Assembly: GCA_044374195.1 (NCBI GenBank) | Contig: JBILOY010000005.1 | Location: 4,052 to 68,051, forward strand | Source: Candidatus Nanopelagicales bacterium | GTDB lineage: Bacteria > Actinomycetota > Actinomycetes > S36-B12 | DNA length: 64,000 nucleotides | Direction: 5' to 3' | Shown here: piece after piece, positions 10,322 to 17,877 of the stretch | Position numbering within the stretch: position 1 is the first letter of the stretch | How the letters are laid out: each line of letters starts with the position of its first letter | Made by a program: the position numbers and the translations under genes | Notes under the pieces: generated by a model | The model's input: the letters and a program-made list of their open reading frames with translations, nothing else | What the model was told of the DNA's origin: nothing | Databases searched by the model: none

Positions 10322-11216
10322 GATTCAGCATCGTTCCCTCGCCAAGGCCGCCATCGTTGCAATGCGACCGCGACAGTGGCTCAAGAACGTTCTTGTCTTC
10401 GCAGCTCCGCTTGCCGCCGGTTCGATTTTCGAGCCTGACGTACTCGTCCCGTCACTCATTGCCTTCGTCGCGTTCTGCTTGATCTCGAGTTCGACCTACA
10501 TCATCAACGACCTGCGGGACATCGCTGCAGATCAGCAGCATCCGACCAAGCGCGCACGACCCATCCCTGCCGGACAACTTCCGCGAACGGCCGCCATTAT
10601 CGAGGCCGTCGTTCTCGCTGTACTGGCGATCGCTATCTCTGCTGCAGCGCGGCCCGAACTCGTGGCTGTAGTTGTTGTCTACTTCGTCTTCACGCTCGCG
10701 TACTCGATGTTCCTCAAGCACGAACCCGTCATCGAGCTTGCACTGCTCGCCATGGGTTTCCTGCTGCGCGCGATTGCGGGCGGTGTGGCCTCGAATCTTC
10801 CGATCTCCCAGTGGTTCCTCATCGTGGCGGGCTTTGGCTCGCTGTTCATGGCGGCCGGAAAGCGTGCCAGCGAACTGCAGTCAGCGAATGCTGCTGGCGA
10901 GGGTGCGGCTGCAACACAGCGCAAGAGTTTGGCGGGCTACACCCCGGGCTACCTCCGATTCGTGTGGGGCACCGCAGCGGCAGTGACCATCAGCGCCTAC
11001 TGCTTGTGGGCTTTTGACGTCGCAAGTCAGCCGGCCAGTTTTCCGTGGGCCGAATGGAGCATCGTGCCTTTCGTGCTCGCGATCTTGCGCTACGCAGTCG
11101 TAATCGACAATGGCGCGGGTGAGGCGCCGGAGGACGCCGTGCTCCGCGATCGAGTCCTGCTGTTACTCGGACTCGTGTGGATCATCCTCTTCGGCCTCGG
11201 CGCGCTGGGGGTCTGA
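10314..11216 (+). CDS. decaprenyl-phosphate phosphoribosyltransferase (UbiA family, Rv3806c-like)
   Basis: Start trimmed to the GTG at 10314; the track ORF starts at 10170 but that extension is Arg/Ser-rich and overlaps the upstream gene. RPRQWLKNVLVF, NDLRDIAADQQHPTKRARP (UbiA Asp-rich motif), polytopic. Confidence 0.8.
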   Translation: MSEIQHRSLAKAAIVAMRPRQWLKNVLVFAAPLAAGSIFEPDVLVPSLIAFVAFCLISSSTYIINDLRDIAADQQHPTKRARPIPAGQLPRTAAIIEAVVLAVLAIAISAAARPELVAVVVVYFVFTLAYSMFLKHEPVIELALLAMGFLLRAIAGGVASNLPISQWFLIVAGFGSLFMAAGKRASELQSANAAGEGAAATQRKSLAGYTPGYLRFVWGTAAAVTISAYCLWAFDVASQPASFPWAEWSIVPFVLAILRYAVVIDNGAGEAPEDAVLRDRVLLLLGLVWIILFGLGALGV

Positions 11217-11217
11217 G

Positions 11218-12612
11218 ATGGCGAGCAAGCCGGTGAAGAAAGCCGCCGCACCCGTGAACCCGCTGAAGCGCGATGACGACGAGAGACTGCTGACCGGCTG
11301 GGGTCGCACGGCGCCGAGTATGGCGCATGTCGTCAAGCCGGGCTCCGTCGACGAACTGCGCGATCTCGTCGCCAAGGCCGGTGAACGCGGGATTCTTGCG
11401 CGCGGTCTCGGGCGTTCGTACGGCGATGCAGCGCAAGCCGGTGGTGGCACCGTGCTCGACATGAGTGCCTTCGACTCCATTGATCTCGACACAGTGCATG
11501 GCACGGCCACTACAGGTGCCGGAGTCAGCGTTGACTCCCTGCTGAAAACTCTGGTGCCGGCTGGCTATTTCGTGCCGGTCACTGCCGGAACTCGCATGAT
11601 CACTGTCGGCGGTGCAATCGCCGCAGACGTGCACGGCAAGAACCATCACGTCGAGGGAAGCTTCGGCTCTCACGTGCACGCAATCGATCTCGTCACCGGA
11701 CACGGGCGGGTCGAGGATCTCGCACCCACGCGTAAGGCCGAGCACTTCTGGGCAACCGTGGGTGGCATGGGCCTGACCGGGGTAATCACGAAGGCGACCT
11801 TCGATCTCATTCCGATCACCAGCTCGCTGATCAGCGTTGACACCGTTCGCTGCGCTGATCTCGACGCTGTCATGTCGAGCATGGTCGAGAACGATGATAA
11901 GTACCGCTACAGCGTCGCCTGGATCGACTCGGTCTCACCCTCCGGACGCGGTGTGATTACCCGCGGCGATCACGCACCGTCGTCGCAGCTCGACGCTAAG
12001 CAGGCCGAGTCACCGCTCGCTTACGAACCGAAGATCGTCGCGACTGCTCCGCCATTCGTGCCCTCGGGCTTGCTCAACAAGTTCACTGTGCGGGCATTCA
12101 ACGAGGCGTGGTTCAGAAAGGCGCCGAAGAGTCGCCAGGGTGAACTGCAGCCGATCGGCGAGTTCTTCCATCCGCTTGATGGAGTGCAAGAGTGGAATCG
12201 CGTCTACGGCCCGGGCGGATTCATCCAGTACCAATTCGTCGTGCCCGACTCGGCCGGCTACCTCATCGATTACGCGCTGAAGCGACTGCGCGAGGTCGGT
12301 GCCCCGAGTTTCCTGACCGTGCTCAAGCGCTTTGGCGCTGCCAATCCCGCACCGCTCTCATTCCCGCAGCCGGGCTGGACCCTCGCGGCCGATGTGCCCG
12401 CGCGAGTCGACGGGCTGGGCGCAGTGCTCGATGAGATCGACGGCCTCGTGGCGGCAAGCGGCGGGCGCCTGTACTTCGCGAAGGATTCCCGCCAGTCACC
12501 GGAAATGGTCACGCAGACATACCCGCGCCTTGCCGAATGGCAGGGGCTTCGTGATCAGATGGACCCTCGCGGCATCTTTACCTCGGATCTCGCACGCCGC
12601 CTCTCGCTCTAA
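11218..12612 (+). CDS. dprE1: decaprenylphosphoryl-beta-D-ribose 2'-oxidase
   Basis: Start at ATG 11218, 1 nt after the upstream stop. Collinear with M. tuberculosis DprE1 as I recall it (LTGWGRTAPS, RGLGRSYGD, TVGGAIAADVHGKNHH, FWATVGGMGLTGVI, GRLYFAKDSR). Confidence 0.9.
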   Translation: MASKPVKKAAAPVNPLKRDDDERLLTGWGRTAPSMAHVVKPGSVDELRDLVAKAGERGILARGLGRSYGDAAQAGGGTVLDMSAFDSIDLDTVHGTATTGAGVSVDSLLKTLVPAGYFVPVTAGTRMITVGGAIAADVHGKNHHVEGSFGSHVHAIDLVTGHGRVEDLAPTRKAEHFWATVGGMGLTGVITKATFDLIPITSSLISVDTVRCADLDAVMSSMVENDDKYRYSVAWIDSVSPSGRGVITRGDHAPSSQLDAKQAESPLAYEPKIVATAPPFVPSGLLNKFTVRAFNEAWFRKAPKSRQGELQPIGEFFHPLDGVQEWNRVYGPGGFIQYQFVVPDSAGYLIDYALKRLREVGAPSFLTVLKRFGAANPAPLSFPQPGWTLAADVPARVDGLGAVLDEIDGLVAASGGRLYFAKDSRQSPEMVTQTYPRLAEWQGLRDQMDPRGIFTSDLARRLSL

Positions 12613-12663
12613 TCGCACGAAGCTTCTCGGCACGACACAACAAGGCCTACATAGGGAGATCAC

Positions 12664-13431
12664 ATGATGGACGCACTCGGCGAGCCGCAGTCGGTTCTGG
12701 TACTCGGCGGCAGCAGTGAGATCGCCCTCGAGACCGTGAAGGCATTGCCGCGCAACCGCCTTCGCCGCGTACTTCTCGCTGGTCGTCCTAACGCGGCGCG
12801 TCATGCAGCGGTCGAGTCGCTCACTGCCCTCGGTATCGCCGGAGTCGAAGCAGTGGACTTCGATGCGAAGGACACGGCGTCGCACGGCAACATCATCGAC
12901 GGTGTGTTCGATGCCGGTGATGTTGACCTCGTCATCCTCGCCTTCGGCGTGCTCGGTGATCAGGATGCCGCGGAGGCTGATCCGAGCCTCGCGGTCGAGG
13001 TGGCCACGACCAACTACACCGGTGCGGTCAGCGTCGGCCTGCATGTTGCTCGTCGCCTGCGGAAGCAGGGGCATGGCGCACTCGTTGTGCTCTCCAGCGT
13101 TGCAGCTGATCGTGCTCGCCGTGCCAACTATGTGTACGGCTCGACCAAGGCGGGTCTCGACGCATTCGCGCAAGGACTCGGTGACGCCCTGCACGGCTCA
13201 GGTGCATCAGTGCTCGTTGTGCGCCCCGGTTTCGTGCGCACTCGCATGACTGCCGGAAAGCCTGAGGCTCCGATGACGACCAACCCGCAGGATGTTGCCG
13301 AGATCATCGTCAAGGCGCTGCGTAAGGGCAAGGAAACCGTCTACGCACCCGGGCCCCTGATGTACGTCATGGGTGTCATGAAGAACTTGCCGCGCCCGGT
13401 GTTCCGCAAGATCAGCGAGAAGCAGGGCTAG
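12664..13431 (+). CDS. dprE2: decaprenylphospho-2'-keto-ribose reductase (SDR)
   Basis: 255-aa SDR (LVLGGSSEIAL, YGSTKAGLD) immediately downstream of dprE1. GGGAG RBS-like sequence at 12654-12658. Confidence 0.85.
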   Translation: MMDALGEPQSVLVLGGSSEIALETVKALPRNRLRRVLLAGRPNAARHAAVESLTALGIAGVEAVDFDAKDTASHGNIIDGVFDAGDVDLVILAFGVLGDQDAAEADPSLAVEVATTNYTGAVSVGLHVARRLRKQGHGALVVLSSVAADRARRANYVYGSTKAGLDAFAQGLGDALHGSGASVLVVRPGFVRTRMTAGKPEAPMTTNPQDVAEIIVKALRKGKETVYAPGPLMYVMGVMKNLPRPVFRKISEKQG

Positions 13432-13434
13432 TCG

Positions 13435-13806
13435 TTACTTGGCGCGCTGCTTGCGGTACGTATCGAGATCGAAGTAGTCGCGCCACAGGCAGATCTTCCC
13501 GTCACGCACCTTGAACAGTGCAGCAATCGGAATCTCGATCCAGGTGTCATTGACCAGGAAGCAGTCAATGCGCTCGTTCATGACGATGTCGCCCTGCTCG
13601 ATCTGCTCGAGAATGCGCCACTCGATATCGGTGGCTTCTTGAGTGACGCCGGCACTGAGTACCTTGCGCACGCCGTCAGGGCCGTACACCTTGCCCATGG
13701 GGACGTTGTCGTACTCGATGTCGTCGGTGACCAGCGAGCAGACGCGATCGAGATCGCGAGCTTCGCAGGCACGCACCAGGGCAGTGACGAGTTCGCCTGG
13801 GGTCAT
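13435..13806 (-). CDS. limonene-1,2-epoxide hydrolase-family (SnoaL/NTF2-fold) protein
   Basis: Start trimmed to ATG 13806 (MTPGELVTALVRACEARDLDRV...DDIEYDNVPMGKVYG). ATGA overlap with the P450 stop (13803-13806). Confidence 0.7.
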   Translation of the reverse strand: MTPGELVTALVRACEARDLDRVCSLVTDDIEYDNVPMGKVYGPDGVRKVLSAGVTQEATDIEWRILEQIEQGDIVMNERIDCFLVNDTWIEIPIAALFKVRDGKICLWRDYFDLDTYRKQRAK

Positions 13807-15059
13807 CGGTGAACGACTCGTACGGGCAACTCGAGTAGGCCACGCAGCCCATAGCTCGGGCCGTAGCGAAGCTGCGAACGGTCGACGACCTCGAGTGCAG
13901 TGACATTCTCGGCAAGTGCGCGCAGAGCGGACGAAGCCTCGATGCGGGCGAGACCGGCGCCTACGCACACATGGATGCCGTGACCGAAGGAGAGATGCTC
14001 CTTCACGTTCTCGCGCAGCGGATCAAAGGTGTCTGCATCGGGGAACACTGACTCATCGCGGTTTGCCGAGCTGTAGGCAAGGAAAATGGTGCTCTCGGCA
14101 GGCAGGTGCACGCCGTGGAAGTCAACATCGCGCGTGACTCGCCGCCACAGACCCATCACCGGTGCCGCCATGCGAATGCCCTCTTCGACGACGCCCTTAC
14201 GGAATGCCTCGTCATCACGTACGCGATCCCAGATCGCGGGATCAGTCGCACGCATGTCGTCGAGGTAGCACAGGATCTCGCTCATCGAGCGGATCGTGGT
14301 CTCGTTGCCGGCGACAATGAGTTCGCGTACCAACCAGACGAGTTCTTGATTGGTGAGGGGAGTCTCTCCCTCCACGGCCGTGACCAACTGGCCCAGGAGA
14401 TCCTCGCGTGGATTCGCGCGACGATCGTCGAGGATTTCGCAGATCACGGTCTGGAACTCCAGGATGTCGTTCTCGACGTCGATCCAGCGGTCAGCAGTGA
14501 GCTTGCCGCCGAGGGAAGCGTTCGAGGAATCCGACCAGCGACGGAGATCATCGCGGTACTTATCCTCGATGCCGAGGATGCGCATGATCGCCCAGACCGG
14601 CAGCGGCACCGAGATGTTCTCGACTGCGTCAATTACTTCGCCATCAGTGAGTTGTGTGGCGATCTGATCAGCCACCTCGTCGACGAGGGGCTCCATCCAG
14701 TTCAGTGAGCGCACGGTGAAACTGCGATTGACCAGCTTGCGGTAGCGCGTGTGCTCCGGCGCATCGTTGTTGCCGAGAGCGGGGGTGTACGGGTAGCCCT
14801 TCGAGCGAATCTCTGCGACAGCATCGGCCACCTCGGCTGGCGGCTCGGTGCGGCGTGCATGCGGCATCAAGTTCGAGAACAGACCAGGATCCATGAGCGC
14901 CTCGCGCACATACGGCCAGGTCGTGACGAAGAACAGACCGGGCGTATCGGGGATCTCGTAGATGGGCGCCTCAGCGCGCAGCATCGAATACGAGGGGAAG
15001 GGATTCTGGTAGAACGAATCGTCATGGGGGTTCACGGCGGGGATCGTGGCTGACGTCAT
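13803..15059 (-). CDS. cytochrome P450
   Basis: Start trimmed to ATG 15059. I-helix AGNETT, ExxR (EEGIRMAAP), heme-ligand loop FGHGIHVCVGAGLA. Confidence 0.9.
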   Translation of the reverse strand: MTSATIPAVNPHDDSFYQNPFPSYSMLRAEAPIYEIPDTPGLFFVTTWPYVREALMDPGLFSNLMPHARRTEPPAEVADAVAEIRSKGYPYTPALGNNDAPEHTRYRKLVNRSFTVRSLNWMEPLVDEVADQIATQLTDGEVIDAVENISVPLPVWAIMRILGIEDKYRDDLRRWSDSSNASLGGKLTADRWIDVENDILEFQTVICEILDDRRANPREDLLGQLVTAVEGETPLTNQELVWLVRELIVAGNETTIRSMSEILCYLDDMRATDPAIWDRVRDDEAFRKGVVEEGIRMAAPVMGLWRRVTRDVDFHGVHLPAESTIFLAYSSANRDESVFPDADTFDPLRENVKEHLSFGHGIHVCVGAGLARIEASSALRALAENVTALEVVDRSQLRYGPSYGLRGLLELPVRVVHR

Positions 15060-15201
15060 GTCGCCACGGTAGGGCAGAAACTGGAGTCTCTCAAGAGAAA
15101 CTGGGAACTTAGACGGACCGGATTTAGGGTCGGGGCGCGGGACCACCCGACCACCTCGGGCTTCCGGCCCTGCGCTGCCCGCCAACGGGCAGAATCCTCC
15201 T

Positions 15202-16035
15202 GTGGCCATCAAGCAGCGCGTCGAGAAGCAGATAGAGCGGGGACTCGATACGTACCCCGGCGAGGTCGTGCGTCGATTCTTCGAATTGCAGATCATCGAT
15301 AAGTCATTCGGGCTGTCTGCTCAGGCCTTCATTGCCCTACTGCCCATGCTCATTGTCGTCATTTCAGTAGTGCTGAAGTCCAATGGCGAGGTTGTTGGTG
15401 AATTCATCATCGATCGATTCGCACTCGCCGGCGTGAGCAAGCAGGCAGTCACCGCACTGTTCGCGACATCTACGGCCGTGGCGGCGGTCTCGTGGCTAGC
15501 GATCGTCGTGACGGTGCTCTCTGCTCTCTCACTGGCCCGACGACTCTCAGGGGTGTTTGCCTCGATCTTCGACGCGCCGAAGCTCCCCGGACGTCGTATC
15601 GGGCGAGCATTGCTCTGGATCCTGGTGCAGATGGTGATGATTACCGGGGCCGCCGAGCTTCGTGATCTGTGGCGTAGCGACGGCATTGTGCTCACCGTGC
15701 TGGCGGGAGTGCTGTTGCTCGTCCTGTGGGGATTCGGGGACGCGCTGGGGCTGAGCCTGCTCGTGCCCTCGGTACCGCGCGGACAGCTCGTGGCCGTGGG
15801 CGTGCTCAGCGGAGTAGGCCGCGTTGCTCTCTCGAGTTGGGCGATCTTCTACATGCCTCGGGCGCTTGAATCCGAGGCCGTGCAATACGGCGCAATTGGC
15901 GTGACCTTCGCGCTGTTCACGCTAATTCTCGTGGCTGTCGTCATCATGCTCGTCGCGCCATTGATGGTGTCGACGTGGGTGATGAGGAAAAACAGGAGTG
16001 CTTCGAGCGGGGGCTCTCACCCCCAACTTGGGTGA
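15202..16035 (+). CDS. YihY/BrkB-like polytopic membrane protein
   Basis: 277-aa ORF with GTG start. N-terminus RRFFELQIIDKSFGLSAQAFIALLPMLIV and 5-6 TM helices. Family call is tentative. Confidence 0.5.
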   Translation: MAIKQRVEKQIERGLDTYPGEVVRRFFELQIIDKSFGLSAQAFIALLPMLIVVISVVLKSNGEVVGEFIIDRFALAGVSKQAVTALFATSTAVAAVSWLAIVVTVLSALSLARRLSGVFASIFDAPKLPGRRIGRALLWILVQMVMITGAAELRDLWRSDGIVLTVLAGVLLLVLWGFGDALGLSLLVPSVPRGQLVAVGVLSGVGRVALSSWAIFYMPRALESEAVQYGAIGVTFALFTLILVAVVIMLVAPLMVSTWVMRKNRSASSGGSHPQLG

Positions 16036-16093
16036 CGGGAGCCGTCGCTCCGCTGACGCGAAGCTCCTCCCGATTCCCGACGTGTTTCCTGTT

Positions 16094-16139
16094 CATTGAA
16101 AATGACCCCCTCGGAACCTCGAGGGGGTCATTTTCAATG
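16094..16139. terminator. bidirectional intrinsic terminator (perfect 20-bp stem, 6-nt loop)
   Basis: CATTGAAAATGACCCCCTCG-gaacct-CGAGGGGGTCATTTTCAATG. The GC-rich inner stem is followed by a T-tract on both strands. It lies between the YihY-like gene and the 3' end of tRNA-Gly. Confidence 0.85.
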
Positions 16140-16210
16140 AGCGGGTGACGGGAATCGAACCCGCGCTCCAACCTTGGGAAGGTTGTGTGATGCCATTTCA
16201 CTACACCCGC
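16140..16210 (-). tRNA. tRNA-Gly (anticodon CCC)
   Basis: Hand-folded 71-nt cloverleaf: acceptor GCGGGTG/CACCCGC, D arm GTGA/TCAC, anticodon arm CAACC-TTCCCAA-GGTTG, T arm GCGGG-TTCGATT-CCCGT, discriminator U. CCA is not encoded. Confidence 0.9.
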
Positions 16211-16226
16211 GAGGTGCAGGGAAATA

Positions 16227-16793
16227 CTACCGAGAGGCGTTGATTGTCTTCGTCAGAGCGGTGATCTTCTTGCCCACGACGTCAAACTTCGCCAGCTCGG
16301 CATCGGCATCTCGCTTAGCGCCGAGTGCCTCGAACAGACCGAGCTTCGGCTGCAGAATTGGGGTGATCTGGTTCAGCGCCGCCAAGGCCTGAGCATTCGA
16401 TGTCGCGAAGGCCTTCTCTGCGGCTTTCGAGGCCGCAAGTACCTGCGCCTTGCTCGCACCCTTCGCGGCCAGTGCAGCCGTGCGCGCGGTGGCGTTCTGC
16501 ACGCCGTTCAGGCTCGAGTCGGCCTGAGCAATGAGTCCCTTGACTGTGCTGAGCTCACTGTCACTAAGCCGGTCGCCGTAGTCCCTGAGGTAATTGACAA
16601 GAACGGCATTCATCCCTGCCCGGAAGGTCACCACGGCCTGCGCGACATTGCGGGCTCCAGTGACAGAAGCGGCATTCACGCCCATGCGAATCGTGACCGT
16701 GGAGGTCGAGGCCGAAGCAGCGGTGGGCAGGATGGCCGCGAAAGCCAAACCGCTGAGAGACAGGGCACAGGTGGCCGCAAGGATTCTGCGCAT
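16227..16793 (-). CDS. secreted Ala-rich helical hypothetical protein
   Basis: 188-aa ORF with signal peptide MRRILAATCALSLSGLAFAAILPTAASA. Ends 17 nt upstream of tRNA-Gly on the same strand. Confidence 0.5.
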   Translation of the reverse strand: MRRILAATCALSLSGLAFAAILPTAASASTSTVTIRMGVNAASVTGARNVAQAVVTFRAGMNAVLVNYLRDYGDRLSDSELSTVKGLIAQADSSLNGVQNATARTAALAAKGASKAQVLAASKAAEKAFATSNAQALAALNQITPILQPKLGLFEALGAKRDADAELAKFDVVGKKITALTKTINASR

Positions 16794-16864
16794 GGGTCAT
16801 TGGAACACGTGTGAAGCCAGTTTGACCAACTGCCCTAGGTAGACATTTCCGCTAACCTGCAGTC

Positions 16865-17257
16865 ATGGAGCAGCGAAATGTCTTGGGCGGATCACTCGAG
16901 GTCTGCAGTCTCGAGCCGCTCACCGGTTTCTACCGCGATGGATACACGAACACTGGCCCCGACGATGTCGGCTCGCACACTGTCTGCGCTGTTGTCACCG
17001 CTGATTTTCTGGCCCATCAGGCGTTGATCGGTAACGACCTGTCGACTCCAATGCCGCAGTACGGATTTCCGGGGCTTCAGCCCGGTGACCAGTGGGGCGT
17101 ATGCGCGGGGCGCTGGTTGCAGAGCTTCGAGGCCGGGGTGGCAGCGCCTGTTGTACTCAGGGCTACCAACGAAGCGGCCCTGCAATTCGTTCCCCTGGAT
17201 TCCCTCGTGGAATCGGCGGCCGACGCCCCCGATGATCTTTCGGGCCTGTTGCCGTAA
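16865..17257 (+). CDS. DUF2237 family protein
   Basis: 130-aa ORF. NVLGGSLEVCSLEPLTGFYRDGYTNTGPDDVGSHTVCAVVTADFL matches my recollection of the DUF2237 signature. Confidence 0.7.
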   Translation: MEQRNVLGGSLEVCSLEPLTGFYRDGYTNTGPDDVGSHTVCAVVTADFLAHQALIGNDLSTPMPQYGFPGLQPGDQWGVCAGRWLQSFEAGVAAPVVLRATNEAALQFVPLDSLVESAADAPDDLSGLLP

Positions 17258-17289
17258 CCCCGCTTCAGCCAGGCGAGTAATCTCGTCCC

Positions 17290-17865
17290 GTGCTGCTATC
17301 TGATCGCGATATCAAGGCCGAGATTTCCGCGGGCCGCGTTGCCCTCGAGCCCTACACCGAATCAATGATCCAGCCGTCGAGCATCGACGTGCGCCTGGAT
17401 CGCTGGTTCCGGGTCTTCGAGAACCACAAGTACCCGTACATCGACCCGAGCCAGGAGCAGCCTGATCTCACTCGCATGATTGAGCCCGACGGTGACGAGC
17501 CCTTCGTGCTGCATCCGGGCGAGTTCGTGCTCGGCTCCACCTTCGAGGTAGTCAGCCTTCCTGATGACATCGCCGGTCGACTCGAAGGCAAGAGCTCACT
17601 TGGTCGTCTCGGCCTCCTTACGCACTCGACCGCGGGCTTTATCGATCCGGGCTTCTCTGGCCACGTCACCCTCGAACTCTCGAATGTCGCGAACCTGCCG
17701 ATCGTGCTGTACCCGGGCATGAAGATCGGTCAGCTCTGCCTGTTCCGTCTGTCGTCGCCGGCTGAGCATCCCTACGGTTCTGAGAAGTACGGCTCGCGCT
17801 ACCAGGGCCAGCGTGGCCCGACTCCGTCGCGCTCCTTCGCGAACTTCTACCGCACGCAGGTCTAG
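17290..17865 (+). CDS. dcd: dCTP deaminase (actinobacterial dCTP deaminase/dUTPase type)
   Basis: 191-aa ORF with GTG start. [29 protein letters not shown]. Confidence 0.9.
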   Translation: MLLSDRDIKAEISAGRVALEPYTESMIQPSSIDVRLDRWFRVFENHKYPYIDPSQEQPDLTRMIEPDGDEPFVLHPGEFVLGSTFEVVSLPDDIAGRLEGKSSLGRLGLLTHSTAGFIDPGFSGHVTLELSNVANLPIVLYPGMKIGQLCLFRLSSPAEHPYGSEKYGSRYQGQRGPTPSRSFANFYRTQV

Positions 17866-17877
17866 ACCTGCACAGCG

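Noticed and set aside
15056-15154. Search for a mini-precursor gene upstream of the P450 (biarylitide-type MxYxH or other P450-crosslinked RiPP). The only candidate is a 32-codon GTG uORF (VVGWSRAPTLNPVRLSSQFLLRDSSFCPTVAT) whose TGA overlaps the P450 ATG.
   Set aside because: There is no ATG anywhere in the 140-nt leader and no aromatic Tyr/His/Trp core at the C-terminus. An open frame of this length is expected by chance at this GC content. It is worth a ribosome-profiling look but is not supportable as a gene.
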